Notes: generated from the letters alone by a model not told the origin. A stretch of 63,777 nucleotides of DNA, filler included, from Octopus bimaculoides (GCF_001194135.2; 7 parts of 7 records of this genome joined end to end with filler, not necessarily neighbours in it); one strand, 5' to 3'. Positions 24,879 to 38,514 are shown, counted from the whole stretch's first letter. Program-made: numbers and translations.

Positions 24879-25580
24879 AAATGATATATCGCGTACTGTT
24901 CCATAATGGTAAGATCAACAAAAAAGGACTCCATCTGGTGAGAGATAATTATTTAATAAACACATATCTTTTAATGAGCTACTGTTGGTTTCATGCAATG
25001 AAAACAGCTCTGACAGCATTTTTGAATACAGCTGATGCCTTCATGCCATCCACAGGCTGTACCTATATTTCAAGCTAAAACAAGGCTTTTTTCTGTTTGT
25101 GTCTTCTGGTATTTCAACCTTCCACCTTTTACATCTACTCCCTTCTCACCTTTTTGCATGTTTTCTTTCATCCTGTTCTTAGGTTATGCCATGTACACAT
25201 AGCCTGAGGATTGGGTAAAGGCACCAGACATGTTAAAAATGCTGTCTGAGCTGTTTTCATTGCATGAAACTAATAGGAGCTCATAAAAATATATATTGTG
25301 TTTATTAAATAATGTGTATGGGTGTGTGTGCTTAATGAGTGGTGGGGGACACCATTGTTGAGGTCGTTTAAAGTATAACACTCAAATTGGTTTCATCGTG
25401 TATAAAAATTTCAATTATGTCCTTGCTGTCATTCGTTTGTTGAAGTTGTTTAACAATTTCAACGATGGTCTTTGAATTGCTGTCATAAAGGTTTTTACAG
25501 TATAACTCTTAAACATGCATCATGACTTCACAATTAATAATTATTGGATTATCTAAAGGATTTTCTTATATTATTTCTAG

Positions 25581-25615
25581 CTTCCAATGAATCTGAAGAT
25601 GAACCCCCGCCTAAG
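25581..25615 (+). CDS. 35-nt internal exon (x)SNESEDEPPPK of a second gene, possibly focal adhesion kinase family
   Basis: TTATTTCTAG acceptor and AAG|GTAAAC donor. Phase-0 end joins the 28509 exon to give DEPPPKPARPS, resembling the FAK DEAPPKPSRP / PYK2 EPPPKPSRP proline-rich motif. Confidence 0.6.
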
Positions 25616-28508
25616 GTAAACAAACTCAGCATTTGAATATTTTCATTTTTGTTTATTTATTTACTTTGTATTTTCTTGTCTTGTGAAATGAATCTTTCAA
25701 AAATTATTTAGTTGACAAATATCAGAGCAACATATTTCCTCTGTACTACTCCTCCCTCTCTCCCTCACACTATTACCTCTACCTTTCCAATAGCCTTTTT
25801 CTTCCCCTGTCCCTCAAGTTTATAACCTCGTTACTGAGAGTGAGTTCTATTTACTGAAAGCATTGCATGTGACTTTCCTTTTGACTTACTTTAACAATAT
25901 ATGTGTGCTGGTTTGTGTCTTTTGTGCGTGTGTGTGTGTGTGTGTTTATTCAAAACTTACTCAGAATAGCAACAGTATAAATCATATACTTTGAATAATG
26001 AGTAAATAAACTCAACTACATGTATTGAGTACTCTTGTTCATTCATATGATTTTGTGAGGTGTGAATGCAGCATAAAGCCAAATAAGAAAAGTGAAAACC
26101 GAGAGAAGAGTTATTTTAACATTATTGACAAGATGACAGATCAAGTCGAGTGGTGGTCTACTCTACAGAAAACTTATGTAACCCATTCTAACATGGGCGG
26201 GGAACAGACATTAAAATAAAGGCGATGTAACGGCAAATTAAAAGGCGGTGAACTGGCAAAATCGTTAGCACGCTGGGCGAAATGCTTAGCGGTATTTCGT
26301 CTGCTGTTACATTCTGAGTTCAAATTCTGCCACGGTCGATTTTGCCTTTCATCCTTTCGGGGTCAATTAAATAAGTACCAGTTAGGCACTGGGGTCGATG
26401 TAATCAATTTAATCCCTTTATGTGTCCTTGTTTGTTCCCTTTGTGGGCAATAAATAAGTAAATAATAATGATAATGATATCTTGTTTCGATGATGAGTGT
26501 AAATTTATAGTTATGTGATCTGGTTATAAATTGTTTTCTTTAATGCCCTGTAGTTCAGGCACTTGATGGAAACATTTTTTTTTTACACAAGGCAAGTTCA
26601 TTAACATAGTAATTTAGAGGTTGTTGGTGCTATCATGATGGTTAGGGAATGCAAACTAAAACCAGTTTAATAGCCACTAATTCATAATAAATTTCTCACT
26701 GCAGACCCATGAAATTTGATCCAGTAATTTGATCTGCTAGAAGTAGAGTCCTAAACCACTATGAAATCACACTCTACCATCTGGGGTGAAGGGAGGGAAG
26801 GCCCTTTTTGATGATATAGTTCTAAATACACTGTCTCACTGTTTCTGGGAAAAAATGACAGGATGATCCTGGTTGAAATGCCTTTAATCATAAGTCTCTT
26901 GGATCAGGTCTGACCTGCAGCTAAATTTCAGGGACTATCTGAAATAAGCTACTGTTAATTTTTATCAAATTAAAGCAATCAGTACATATTGAAAGTGTCA
27001 CTGTCCTCATCATTGCCTTTATGTCCACTTCTCCATGTGGGAATGGGTTGTATTGGACCTTTTAACACAGAGGCCTAAGAATGTAGAGTACTTATTCTAT
27101 ATGACCAGGACATGGATGTAAATATTTTTAAATATTTTTATCTCTACAGACAAGGTTAATTCTCCTATCAATGAAAATCTTATTAACAAATGAGATTTTC
27201 TTTAAATTTTTCTTTTTTTAATTTTTAGTTTGGACAACATATTGTTTCTGCTCCTTTATTACAGCTGTATTGGCTTTCAAATATCTTCACATTTCTTCTT
27301 ATCTACTGAATGAGCTGCTTAACTATCTTTCTTTCATTTTCACTCACTTTGCATGATGTCCATGTTCTTACACTGTGTAAGTCTGCAGCAATGGTTTACT
27401 TGATTCAGTTGCTTGGAGTTCTTGCTGCTTTTCAAGTATGTTCATTACATCTGAGACATCAATTAAATGACATTACTTAATTTCATACTAGAAATAAGTA
27501 AATGCTAACCTTTCACCTTTTCCCAATCGCAAGAAGCCACAAGGTCAATGCTTATGTTTTGTTTCAGTAAAGAAATGTGAATGAGAGATAAATCTTCCCT
27601 TTGATAAGACACTAGCCTATCACAGGAAGCTAAACTTGATATTGCAAGTCAGTGAATAAGTTGTTGAATTTATATTGCTGCCACTTACATCTATGAACTA
27701 CAGTTTATTGTGAAACTTACTGCTAGATGGACTGAATTATTGATAGTTAAGTGGCTTAGCAATGAATACAGTATAGTTTTATGTCAAAGTGTTGTATGGG
27801 AAGGGCAGTCAGTTGTACAGATCTATTAGTTACAATGGTCAGTCACACCACTAGGTAATCCCTACTTACAGGTAAGTGACTGGGCTAATGACAGGTAAAG
27901 GTTTTAAGCATAGGCACAATGCAGTGACAGTAGCAGAACACAAATCACTGATCAGTTGACTTGTTGCCTGCTATCATACCGGTATATCCAATGCACTTAC
28001 ATAGGAGGTTTAAGTGTCCCTAAAGTTAAGTGAAGACCTAATTGACTGTAATATAGTCCATTATAGTTTCACTACATCAAAATAGTTACTTACATTATTT
28101 GGAATGTCACACTTACTGCTGTATTTAATCATCAGGTGTTTGGTATTGAATGTTTGGATTATAATGCTTGCTTGTTTGTTTTTATTTCCACATTAACTTT
28201 CTAACTAACAGTTTGTGATACTAACTTTGTATTTTGTTATTATTTCTAAGAGAAATATTTGTTCAGTTGTTTTGACTTTAAAGTTTGTTTTGCTGCCTAT
28301 ATTCCCTGTGTTACTCGATAATCCCTCTCACTTGTTTTTAATCCATTCTCCTTTAAATCACTTCATTCCAACATCTAAATCTTTTTTTTTTCCTTAGTTG
28401 ATGTTGAAATGATTGCTGTGTTGTTTCAATCAATGCGGTTCCTGTTAATTGCTATGTAACTTTGGTGCATGTGTGTGACTAATGTTTTGCTCACTGTTTT
28501 GTTTGCAG

Positions 28509-28940
28509 CCTGCTCGTCCTAGCCAGCCCATCTCCCCGACTGGTTCCACTCCTAACTTGTCTTCTGACAGGACAGATTTCCAAACTGACCACCACTGGAA
28601 CAGCACTGCCTACCTCCCGTGTAGTCACGGTGACACAACCAACTCAAATACGGGTATCAGAAAGTTTGATAGTTTGGACAATGACGGTATAGCTCGGGGA
28701 TACTTTTCTGCCGTCAGTGGTTACGGCCAGCTCCCAAAAACACTGCCAGCTGGGGGTTCAGCTGGTATCAGTGCAGAGCGCGACGTACCTCTGCCGCATT
28801 TTAATTCAACGCAGGACATGCATCTGCTGAGGAGGAGTAAAGACCTTGCTGAACTGACAGCCACAGAACCATACCAAGTTCCCTCCCCTAACAACACTCC
28901 AGCATTTTCAGCTTCAACATCCCAACATCCTGGAACAAAT
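28509..28940 (+). CDS. 432-nt Ser/Pro/Thr-rich exon PARPSQPISPTGS...SQHPGTN (low-complexity linker, FAK-like gene candidate)
   Basis: TTTGTTTGCAG acceptor, 144 open codons with coding-like GC content in AT-rich surroundings, and a phase-0 GTGAGT donor at 28941. If unspliced, the frame stops at 28956-28958. Confidence 0.7.
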
Positions 28941-30769
28941 GTGAGTGACAGAAATTGAGCTGTATCTCTTAATATTTTGCCTTTATTTTACATTATCATT
29001 TCTTTCATTATTATTACTTTTATTATTTTCTTGCCTTTTTTTGCCTCGTTTTGCAAGTGTGAATGTATGTATGTGTATATAATAATAATAATAATATTGC
29101 ACTGCCACATTGTTGCAAAGTAACCACATAGCCTTTGACTGCACCTTATATATATATATAAATATGGTTTTGAGTTCAGTCCCACTGTGCAGCACCTTGG
29201 GCAAGTGTCTTCTATTATCACCCTGGACTGATAGAAGCCTCATACATGAATTTAAAGGATGGAAGTCAAAGGATGCACTTCATGTGTGTGTCTCCTTGTC
29301 TTTGTATCACATGCTTGTTGTAAAAGAGCATCACTGTCATACAAGTGGTGTCGTTTATTGATAATTTTTCATGTAAACATATTGAGCCATTGTGACGTTT
29401 ACATTTGAAAGGTTAGGAAAAATATTACCTTAGTTGGGAACAGGTAAGGATTGACAATAGGAAGAGCATCCAACTGTACAAAATCTGCCTGTGAAATCCA
29501 TCTGACCTGTGCATAGATGGAAAAGTGAACATTGTTAAACTTGACTACTTTTCCATTAGTAGAAGTTTCTTGAGAGTGCAACATCAAAGAATTTTTGCAA
29601 TGCAAACAATGTGAACAAGAAAAATGCATAAAGAATGCAACATATGGTTCAACCTGCTCTTCAACAAAAATATAAAATCAAATACAAGAAATATTTTAGA
29701 TTGAATCAAAAAATCATTTTCAAACCAAAATCATAAGTTCCACACTGCTTTATAACCCCATGACTGAGTTTTATTTTACTGTGTGAAACTATGGTCTTGT
29801 AGTGACGTCACATTGGCGCCAAAAGGCAGGCGCCATTACTGAATCCTTAACCACGCATGCTTGGGTTTAAACATCAAAGCGTTCCCGCTTCGATTCCCTC
29901 TCTTACCAAGGCAGACAGCGACCAAGCAAGACGTCTAAGCAAGCTCTCCCATTTGAATGTGGTTGAACCAAGTTGTCTTTATAACGACACCAGCACGAAG
30001 AACCGTACAACTACATTTCAGGCTACTCTAAAACCGGACAATTAGATGCTGTTTACCTTTTCCACCGATCAATAAATATTTGTTGTTGTTGATCAGTTTG
30101 GAGTTTCTGCGTTCGGTCCTCTTCTAATTTAATGTAGGAGAGTTAGGTGTATATCTAAAGATATATAACCCACTCTCCTAAAGTCTTCTGCCATAGCCTA
30201 GGTTAACTCATGCCTTATGGGTGGAATTTCTGGATGAAACCTGTATGGAAAGCAATAACAACAATAATAATAATAACATGTAAAGGTTTTGAGCATGAAC
30301 ACAATGCAGTGACAGTAGCAGAGCACAAACCACTAATCAGTTTGATTGTATAGAATGGTCAGATGCACTACAACTTGTTGGAAAAGATCAAAAGAAGGGA
30401 CATAAAGCAGACATATAAGTGAAGTAAAGAAAGACAGCAATGAAAGCTTAGAAGTAGATGCACAGTACACAGAATAGAATATAAACGGAAAAGTGTACAC
30501 TAATAGAGCCATAAAGAGAAAAGGGTGCATAGGTACATCAGGAGCAGTGTTGGTGACTTTCATGAAGCATGAAATTTTTGAGGAATGCAACATCCTGACA
30601 GCTAACAACTGTGGCAGTTAGTCCATTTCACGCTTTAACTTTTCTGAGCATGAAAAATGTTTCTGAAAGTTATAGATACTGTGCTGTTTTTTTGATTTTA
30701 TAAACATGTCTACAGGCAGTTAACATTAGCATCAAGTTTCTTCTAACTGATGCAGCCAGTGGTTGGGAT

Positions 30770-31080
30770 GCCATTCTAGATGCTTTTGCTGTTAGTTGTC
30801 ACCACTGGTCTCTGTTCTGTTATGCACAGCAAGGTTGCAGTGTTGTGACCTGTCCAGTCTTTGATGTTGTCAGACCAAGATTTTCTCTGCCTCTTTTTTG
30901 CCCTCCCGTTACCATACCCTAAAGGATGGTTTGGACAGGGAGTTGTGGTGGGATACATGACCATACTCGGCAGGCTTTCATCTTTTTACCTGTGCAAAGA
31001 GTGGTTCCTGTTTGCCAGAGGTTTTGTTCACATGTTGCCTGATAAAGTTGTTTATTTTGTGCTCTGTGTATGAGCGGTAC
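30770..31080 (-). mobile_element. RTE-like LINE 3' fragment
   Basis: Minus-strand ...GRAKKRQRKSWSDNIKDWTG... matches the RTE C-terminal GRxRKxWxDxIK motif. Confidence 0.65.
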
Positions 31081-32673
31081 TGAATTAAAAAAGATAGCCA
31101 AAGTTCTTATTGAAAAGATGGTGGGTAATTTTGTGGGCGTCTACAGTGTCAACAACTAGATGTTGAAATTAGTATGGTTGTGATTTTACACATCTTCCCA
31201 CCACATGGTCCCAGATTCAATCCCACTGTGTGGCACCCTGGGCACAAGTCTTCTGCTATCGCTTCGGGCCGACTAAAGCCTTGTGAGTGGATGTGGTAGA
31301 CAGAAAGAGACAGAAACCCATCACATATATGTGTGTGTGTCTTTTTCTGTCTCCCATCACCACTTGACAACCGGTATTGGTGTGTTTATGTCCCTATAAC
31401 TGAGCAGTTTAGTAAAGAGACTGATAGAATAAGTACCAGGCTTTAAAGAAAACGGTATTGATGTTGGTTTGTTCAACTAAAATTCATCAAGGTGGTGCTC
31501 CAGTATGGTTACAGTCAATTGACTGAAACAATTAAAAGATAAATCCTGTAATTCCACAGTTTTTTGTTTGTCACCATCTGAGTGAAACAATGAAACTACG
31601 TACACATTACAGCTAGGCATTCTGCACTTGCAAAAACAAGTAAAATAAAAAGAAAATATTCTTTGCTTGAAAAACAGGTAAGGATTAAAAGGAAGGGCAT
31701 CTGGCTGCAAATAAGTTCTCATCAAAACCATGGTAGCTTGGTAAAATATATGAACATGTCTCATAACCAAAGGAAAAGCTTAATTTTTGAGGTAGGTGGG
31801 TCGTGTATAACTGGGATTGCACCTATACTTTAGTGAGATTGCTTACTGCTGAGATGATCTTGATATAATCATCCAGGGCTGGTGATGAAACTAAATCTGT
31901 ATCCTGTTATTGTATAATACCCACATATCATTGTTATCAAGAAACTTAATTTGATTCATTGTGGATTTTTATTATGTTTTTAGTACACAAACCTGAAGAC
32001 ATTTGTAATACTACTTCTTCACCTCTTAATATCTGATTGAGAGGAAATGGATTCCATCTTCATAACTTTTCATTGTCAAGACTTTTCTTCTAACATTTAA
32101 AAAATTTTTTCTTAATTAAATATTATTGTTCCATATGCTATTGCTCACTTCCCAACCATGTGGTCTTGGTTTCAGTTCCACTGCATGTCACTTTGAGCCA
32201 TAGCCCTAGAGTGACCAAACCTTTGTGAGTGTATTTAACAGATGAACACCGAAAGTAACTTGTGTGTGTGTGCATACTTGTGTTGTTTGTTTACATCCCC
32301 ATAACCTTAGTAGTTCTGCAAAAAGAGATGGATAGAATAAGTAGCAGGCTTAGAAAGAAAAAAATAAGGGGTTGATTTGTTAGTACAGCTTTCAAGACAG
32401 TGACCCAGCAACGCCACAGTCCAATGACTGAAACAAGTAAAAAATAAGATAGACACATACAGAGTCGGTTATTCTTCTTGTTAACATTATTATTATTGTT
32501 ATTATTTTCTTTATATTGTTGCCTGATTTGTCATGTACTGTAGACAGAACTAAGACTAAAATTATTTTTATCATTATTCAGTACTTGGCATGAACAAAAT
32601 AATGTTTCATGGAAATGTAACCGTAATGAACGAAAATTGAAAATAAAACCCATATCTACTTACATATATTATA

Positions 32674-33972
32674 TCAGGTCATCCCATAAGTTCTGTCCGA
32701 TTTTACCTTTTTTAAAATTGAATGAAATTTAATAGTATTTTAGAATGTCTAATGGAATTTAAAATTATTTTTATGCATTTGTGTACATTTAAACTAATTA
32801 AATATTATTTTACAGAATAATAGAATTAAAATTTCTTTGATTAAAACCCTTCCTAACATCCTAACATGGAAGTATCCAAAGAGCATTTGAGGCACACAAT
32901 GCTTTATGAGTACAAAAAAGGAAACTCTGCAGCCGAAGTGACTCGAAACATACACTCAGTTTATGGGAAAGAATGCTTGAATGAAAGAACGTGCAGAAGA
33001 TGGTTTGAAAAATTCAGAAGTGGAGATTTCAGCCTTGAAGATGANNNNNNNNNNNNNNNNNNNNNNNNNNNNNNNNNNNNNNNNNNNNNNNNNNNNNNNN
33101 NNNNNNNNNNNNNNNNNNNNNNNNNNNNNNNNNNNNNNNNNNNNNNNNNNNNNNNNNNNNNNNNNNNNNNNNNNNNNNNNNNNNNNNNNNNNNNNNNNNN
33201 NNNNNNNNNNNNNNNNNNNNNNNNNNNNNNNNNNNNNNNNNNNNNNNNNNNNNNNNNNNNNNNNNNNNNNNNNNNNNNNNNNNNNNNNNNNNNNNNNNNN
33301 NNNNNNNNNNNNNNNNNNNNNNNNNNNNNNNNNNNNNNNNNNNNNNNNNNNNNNNNNNNNNNNNNNNNNNNNNNNNNNNNNNNNNNNNNNNNNNNNAAAA
33401 AGTGGCTTGGTAAAAGAGGAAAAGCTCAACCACAACCGAGAAGGGAACTTCATGGGGAAAAGGTTCTTCTCTCTATCTGGTGGGATTGCAAAGGAGTAAT
33501 TCACTTTGAATTGTTACCACCTAATGCAACAATCAATGCTCAAGTCTACTGTCAGCAATTAGAGTGTTTGAAGCAAGCTTTGAAGAAAAAAAGACCGATT
33601 TAGTGAATTGGAAAGGAGTGATTTTTATCAGGATAATGCGTGACCCCACACTGCAAAGATCACATCACAGAAGATCGAAGAGCTTGGTTGGGAAAAAATT
33701 CCTCATCCACCTTATTCTCCCAACCTTGCTCCTTCAGACAACCATTTGTTTCGTAGTTTACAGAATCATTTGGGGGACTTAACTTTCACAAGCCAGGAGG
33801 AAGTCGATACTGACATTTCAAAGTTCTTCGCTTTGAAACCAAAAGAGTTTTACATTGATGGGATTAAAAAGCTTGTAAGTAGATGGAAGGAAGTCATAGA
33901 TAATCAGGGAAAGTACATTTATGATTAAATTTCAATTAAATATAACATTTGATCACTTGTTTTCTTTATTCA
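32674..33972 (+). mobile_element. Mariner (DD34D-type) transposon, near full length, disabled, with central and terminal gaps
   Basis: TA plus left TIR TCAGGTCATCCCATAAGTTCTG. ATG at 32866 gives MEVSKEHLRHTMLYEYKKG...RRWFEKFRSGDFSLED, then KVLLSIWWD, HQDNA-equivalent region, HPPYSPNLAPSDNHLF, and stop at 33926-33928. Frameshifts occur near 33600-33635. Confidence 0.92.
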
Positions 33973-35752
33973 NNNNNNNNNNNNNNNNNNNNNNNNNNNN
34001 NNNNNNNNNNNNNNNNNNNNNNNNNNNNNNNNNNNNNNNNNNNNNNNNNNNNNNNNNNNNNNNNNNNNNNNNNNNNNNNNNNNNNNNNNNNNNNNNNNNN
34101 NNNNNNNNNNNNNNNNNNNNNNNNNNNNNNNNNNNNNNNNNNNNNNNNNNNNNNNNNNNNNNNNNNNNNNNNNNNNNNNNNNNNNNNNNNNNNNNNNNNN
34201 NATATATATATATATATATATAATACTTTCACTTAGGCACTGTGATACTAATAAGCTGGTGTAGAACTCAGTACACACTGCTTCAGAACAAAGCATCATT
34301 GGACTATAGAGTGGTAATAAGAAAATGAGATAAGAAAGGAATAACAATTATCTTATGAACTACATTAGCTTACAGCTGTTTCTGTTATGAGATGCAGTGG
34401 ATTCATAGTTTTCTCTATTCAAAATTCAGACAGAACTTACGGGATGACCTGATAGAAGCATGATTATCTTTATACAAATGAAACTGGCAGCTAAAATGTG
34501 AGAACTAAACTCCATTGAGAGACTAGCTTAAGTTTCATGGAATGTCATCTGTTATAGGTTGAGATCAGCTTTTCTTTTCATCCTTAATAGAAAGCATAAT
34601 CTAGGGCAGCGAATTGATGAAAATGTGAGAATGTCAGACTGGATGCCTTACAGTAATTGTTCTAGCTCTTTGCAGTCAGAGATCAAATTCTGCTGTTTAA
34701 TTGCACCACTTAACACGTAAGGCACTTTTAGTAGAATCCACTCTGTTGCAAGCATTCCAGCCAGGTCTTCAGTTTGATGAAACCTTCTTCCTTGCTTCCT
34801 GCTAGTCTTAGAGGCCCTGTGAAGAGTCATGGGAACTGCTTTCCCTCCTGACTAAAAATATAAATATGTATGTTAGTGTGTATGAATGACAAGTCACATA
34901 GGTATTCAGAGGAAAATTGATGTGAGAGAAATCAGATGAATTTTACTATAGACGATGGTTAAGGGGGAAGACAGAGGCAGAAGTGGTGAAAGCTGCTCTC
35001 TGGATGATGACCTTCACAAAAATGACAAAGGAACATAACAAGTAGCAGGGCACTATGCTGGAAAGGATCCATCAAACCCATGCAAACACAAAAAAAATGA
35101 TGTATTGTCATCATATCGTATAACATTTGTTTTTCATGCTGGCATAAGTTGCATAGTTCAACAGGAGTCAATGAGTTGGAATGTCTGTTTTGGCATGAAT
35201 TCTGCAGCTGAATGCTCCGTCTTGGACCAACCACTTTGCAGAGTAGACTGGGTGCTTTTATTTCATGGCATAAGTCCAAGAGAGGTCACTTTGCAATTTG
35301 AAAGATCAAAGGTCTATAGGGTCCTCTATAATTGAAGGAAAATAGAAGGGAGAGGATGATGTGTCTATGTGTATACCTTTGTTTGTGTATCTTTCCATGC
35401 ACACGCATGTACCCACATTAGTGCGTGTGTATTCCCAGCAATAGTTTCTTTATTCGCACTTGTATTCTATTTATACTTCACACTGCATCACTCTATCTTT
35501 ACCATCATTTACCCAATGCCTATTTCACCACCACCTTTACAATTCAGGATACTTTATGAATGAAGCTATTCTAATGTATTTTGGAATTTTTTCCCTTTTA
35601 TTTTAGTCTTATTTTAATATTTTCCTTTCCATGACCACACATTTATGCATAAGCACCACTATGTGTGTGTGTATATACATATACACACATTTAAGTTAAT
35701 AAATGTTTGTGTATGTGTGTGTGTGTAAGTCTGTGTATATTAGGTATAAGTA

Positions 35753-35978
35753 TTGGTTGGTGCATAATTATTGTGGCGTTTTTTTCAACAAATTTTATTC
35801 AACAAAAACAATAACATGTAACAAAAATATCTTTAAATGATTATTCCGGAGCATATTCACCATCTACTTCAATTACTGCTTCCCATTTGCTTGGCAGATG
35901 GTCAGACTGTCATTTAAAGATGTTTTTGTTGAATAAAATTTGTTTAAAAAAAGCCGCAATAATTATGCACCAACCCAA
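35753..35978 (-). mobile_element. Mariner-derived MITE with about 58-bp TIRs, TA TSD and retained transposase C-terminus
   Basis: TTGGTTGGTGCATAATTATTG...AACAAAAACA is mirrored at 35920-35978. The internal minus strand reads HLPSKWEAVIEVDGEYAPE*. Confidence 0.85.
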
Positions 35979-36186
35979 TATAAGTATATAGGTCAGCCAC
36001 TAAACCTTTTTTTTATTTTTTTCTCTCTGTTTATTTCTGTGTTCCTTTTTGTTGAAGAGCATAGGCTCAAAACATAAAAGGCTTTCTCACTTCCCAAGCG
36101 TTAAGCTAATATATCTGTTTGTTGTTCACACACCCGTCTTTGTCTTTTGTTTTATTTTTTTTGTAAATTCCAACTATATATATATA

Positions 36187-36405
36187 TTGGGTCATCCCAT
36201 AAATAATGTGGATTTTTATGCTTTTATTTTTAAAAATTACAATAGTTCTTTTTTAATCTAAAATATACTCTCCTTCATTTTCTACAATGCTCTTCCATCT
36301 ATCTGGTAGATGTGCAAGGCCCCTCTTCCAAAATTCGCTTGTCCATGACAAAAAATACTCCTCCAGTACTGTTCTAACCTCATCTACAGAATTCATATTT
36401 TTTCT
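36187..36405 (-). mobile_element. Mariner 3' end relic
   Basis: TIR TTGGGTCATCCCATAA resembles the 32674 TIR. Minus strand reads VDEVRTVLEEYFLSWTSEFWKRGLAHLPDRWKSIVENEGEYILD*. Confidence 0.82.
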
Positions 36406-36721
36406 GTCCAAATGATCTTTGTTGTAAAGTGGTCTTTTGTCACTGTTATATCTGTCTTTTGATGACGGTCGTCACTATGATATATATTGTTATATTCCGA
36501 AGTCATCGATATTCTGAAGTCATCGCTAGATACAACCACCAGTCATAAAGTGTTATTATCCTCAAAGGGTTGGATCGCTATGACGTCCACTCAGTATCAC
36601 AGTATAATTACTATATCGGCACAGACATGACTATCAACAGTCTACACATACTCTCGACCCTCTACTGTCGACCAGCTCCTGGTTTGGTTATAATGGCTGT
36701 CTACTACCACTTTTTACTGGG

Positions 36722-36766
<45 letters not shown>

Positions 36767-36870
36767 NNNNNNNNNNNNNNNNNNNNNNNNNNNNNNNNNN
36801 NNNNNNNNNNTTAATTAATTAANNNNNNNNNNNNNNNNNNNNNNNNNNNNNNNNNNNNNNNNNNNNATAT

Positions 36871-37050
36871 ATATCAGGTTGAGTAAAAAAAGTAAAGTTT
36901 TGAACCATGAAGAATTTGTACCGGACTTTTGCAGTTTTGTATCTTTTAAAATATTTCTTTGCAATTGTCTGATAATACAGACACAGACTTGCCCAAATGC
37001 ATCAATAAATTAACATTGTTATTTTTTTTTCACCGTTACAATCATCTGTG
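36871..37050 (+). mobile_element. Mariner left end (TIR plus 5' UTR) shared with the 60140 element
   Basis: TCAGGTTGA.TAAAAA...TTTTGAACCATGAAGAATTTGTACCGGA...TTACAATCATCTG is also found at 60140-60289. Confidence 0.75.
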
Positions 37051-37319
37051 ACCAAGTTGGTCGTAAGTTTTGTTTGTGCGTCGTTCGAGTGGTTTGTGAA
37101 GGATTGTTGAATTGGAATTATATTTGTTATTAATTGTTGTGTCTTGAAACACTTGTTTTTGCTGCCTTGCGGCTGTTTTGTTAACGTCGTCCCCCTTGTT
37201 TGAAGGGGGAAGCGCATTGTGTCTTCATGATGCATGAAGTTTTGAATTTTTCAGACGTAACGACATCTGAAAAATTACTGAGAAGTTTGAATATTGCAAA
37301 CTAGATGATGGAAAAATAT

Positions 37320-38365
37320 GAAGGTGGGTCAAAAAAATGAATTTTGCAATTGTGGCTGGTGAAATAAGATAAGAAATTTGGAGTTGAATAAGTACAGGGA
37401 AATCCTGCGAAGGGAGGGACACGAAATAACCCTGCTAGTAGAGTTACAAGGGACACACAAAAAAAAAGAAGACAATAAAGAGAAGTTGGGAAGGCATTGA
37501 GACCCATCTGGCAGGATGTCGTCTACCTCGCCAGAGGGAGGAAATACGCAACTGTAGAGGTGCGACTTGCATCCGAGAAGAAGGCCAGGCAACATTCGGT
37601 AGCCTCCCTGAAAACGGACGCGATAATGCTGCTGCTTACTTACCTTAGAAGATGTGCTTCCAGGGAATGATCTGTTTGTTTTCAGATGAAAAGAACTTTG
37701 CTAGGACCAGTTGCACAATACGCCGAAGAACATGTGGCTTGCTAATAATCCATGTCATGTCCCATGTATCATGAAAACCAAGTTTACCAAAACTGTAATG
37801 GTCTTTGAACGTGTCTCCAGTAAAGATGACATCATGCCGCCCCACATATTTAGACAGTACCTTAGTTTCAATTCAGATGGCTATGTGAAGCTGCTGGAAG
37901 CAGTGACCGAAACCTGGCTGAAGAGGGCTGCTGCTTGAAGGTCCATATGTGCAGCAGCAGCAGGATTCAGCTCCTTTCAATACCATCGGAAAGAGTCAGA
38001 AGTGGTTGTCAGAGAATTTCTACGACTTCACCAGCCACAGTCTCTGACCCCTTAATTCCCCAATTGTTATCCCATGAACTACTCTGTGTGTGGGATGTGG
38101 TTGAGAAAACCACCAATCGCTCAGCCAACAACACCAAGGCCGAGCTGGTGGTCAAGATCAAAGAAGGGTTCAAAGATCGGTCTAGGGACACAATGAGGAA
38201 CGCGTGCACCAGGTTCCGGAACCATTTTGAAGGCGTAGTGGAACCCGAGGTCGGCTACTTTGAGAAAAATGTTATCTCCCAAACATAATCTCGTTGATAT
38301 TTTCTGGTTTTTAAAGATACTCTTATTTTTAGATGGGATATTGTGTTGGCCCGAACATCCTTATA
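37320..38365 (+). mobile_element. Decayed Tc1/mariner transposase of the DD37D (maT) type
   Basis: FSDEKNF near 37680, QQDSAP near 37960, and (W)PLNSP-NCYPMNY after restoring a 1-nt deletion, which puts 37 residues between the second D and the third (mutated) acidic position. C-terminus ...NACTRFRNHFEGVVEPEVGYFE. Confidence 0.72.
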
Positions 38366-38441
38366 TATCATCAAGTAATATATTTCCGTTTTTCGCATAC
38401 AATTAGTCAGAAATACACATATATATATACATATGTATATG

Positions 38442-38514
<73 letters not shown>

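Noticed and set aside
24881-24913. Possible upstream exon ending AATG|GTAAGA that would join the 25581 exon in phase
   Set aside because: No AG acceptor is visible because it abuts a (CA)n run at the segment start, and the peptide is not recognisable.
17272-25581. Alternative CAND1 isoform splicing the 17126 exon (phase 1) onto the 25581 and 28509 exons to give a long disordered tail
   Set aside because: It is phase-compatible, but it crosses an artificial join. CAND1 already has a conserved terminal exon, and the downstream peptide looks FAK-like.
29803-29835. CRE palindrome TGACGTCA next to a reverse CCAAT and GGCGCC sites
   Set aside because: Short motifs are expected by chance in 64 kb, and no linked transcript evidence is available from sequence alone.
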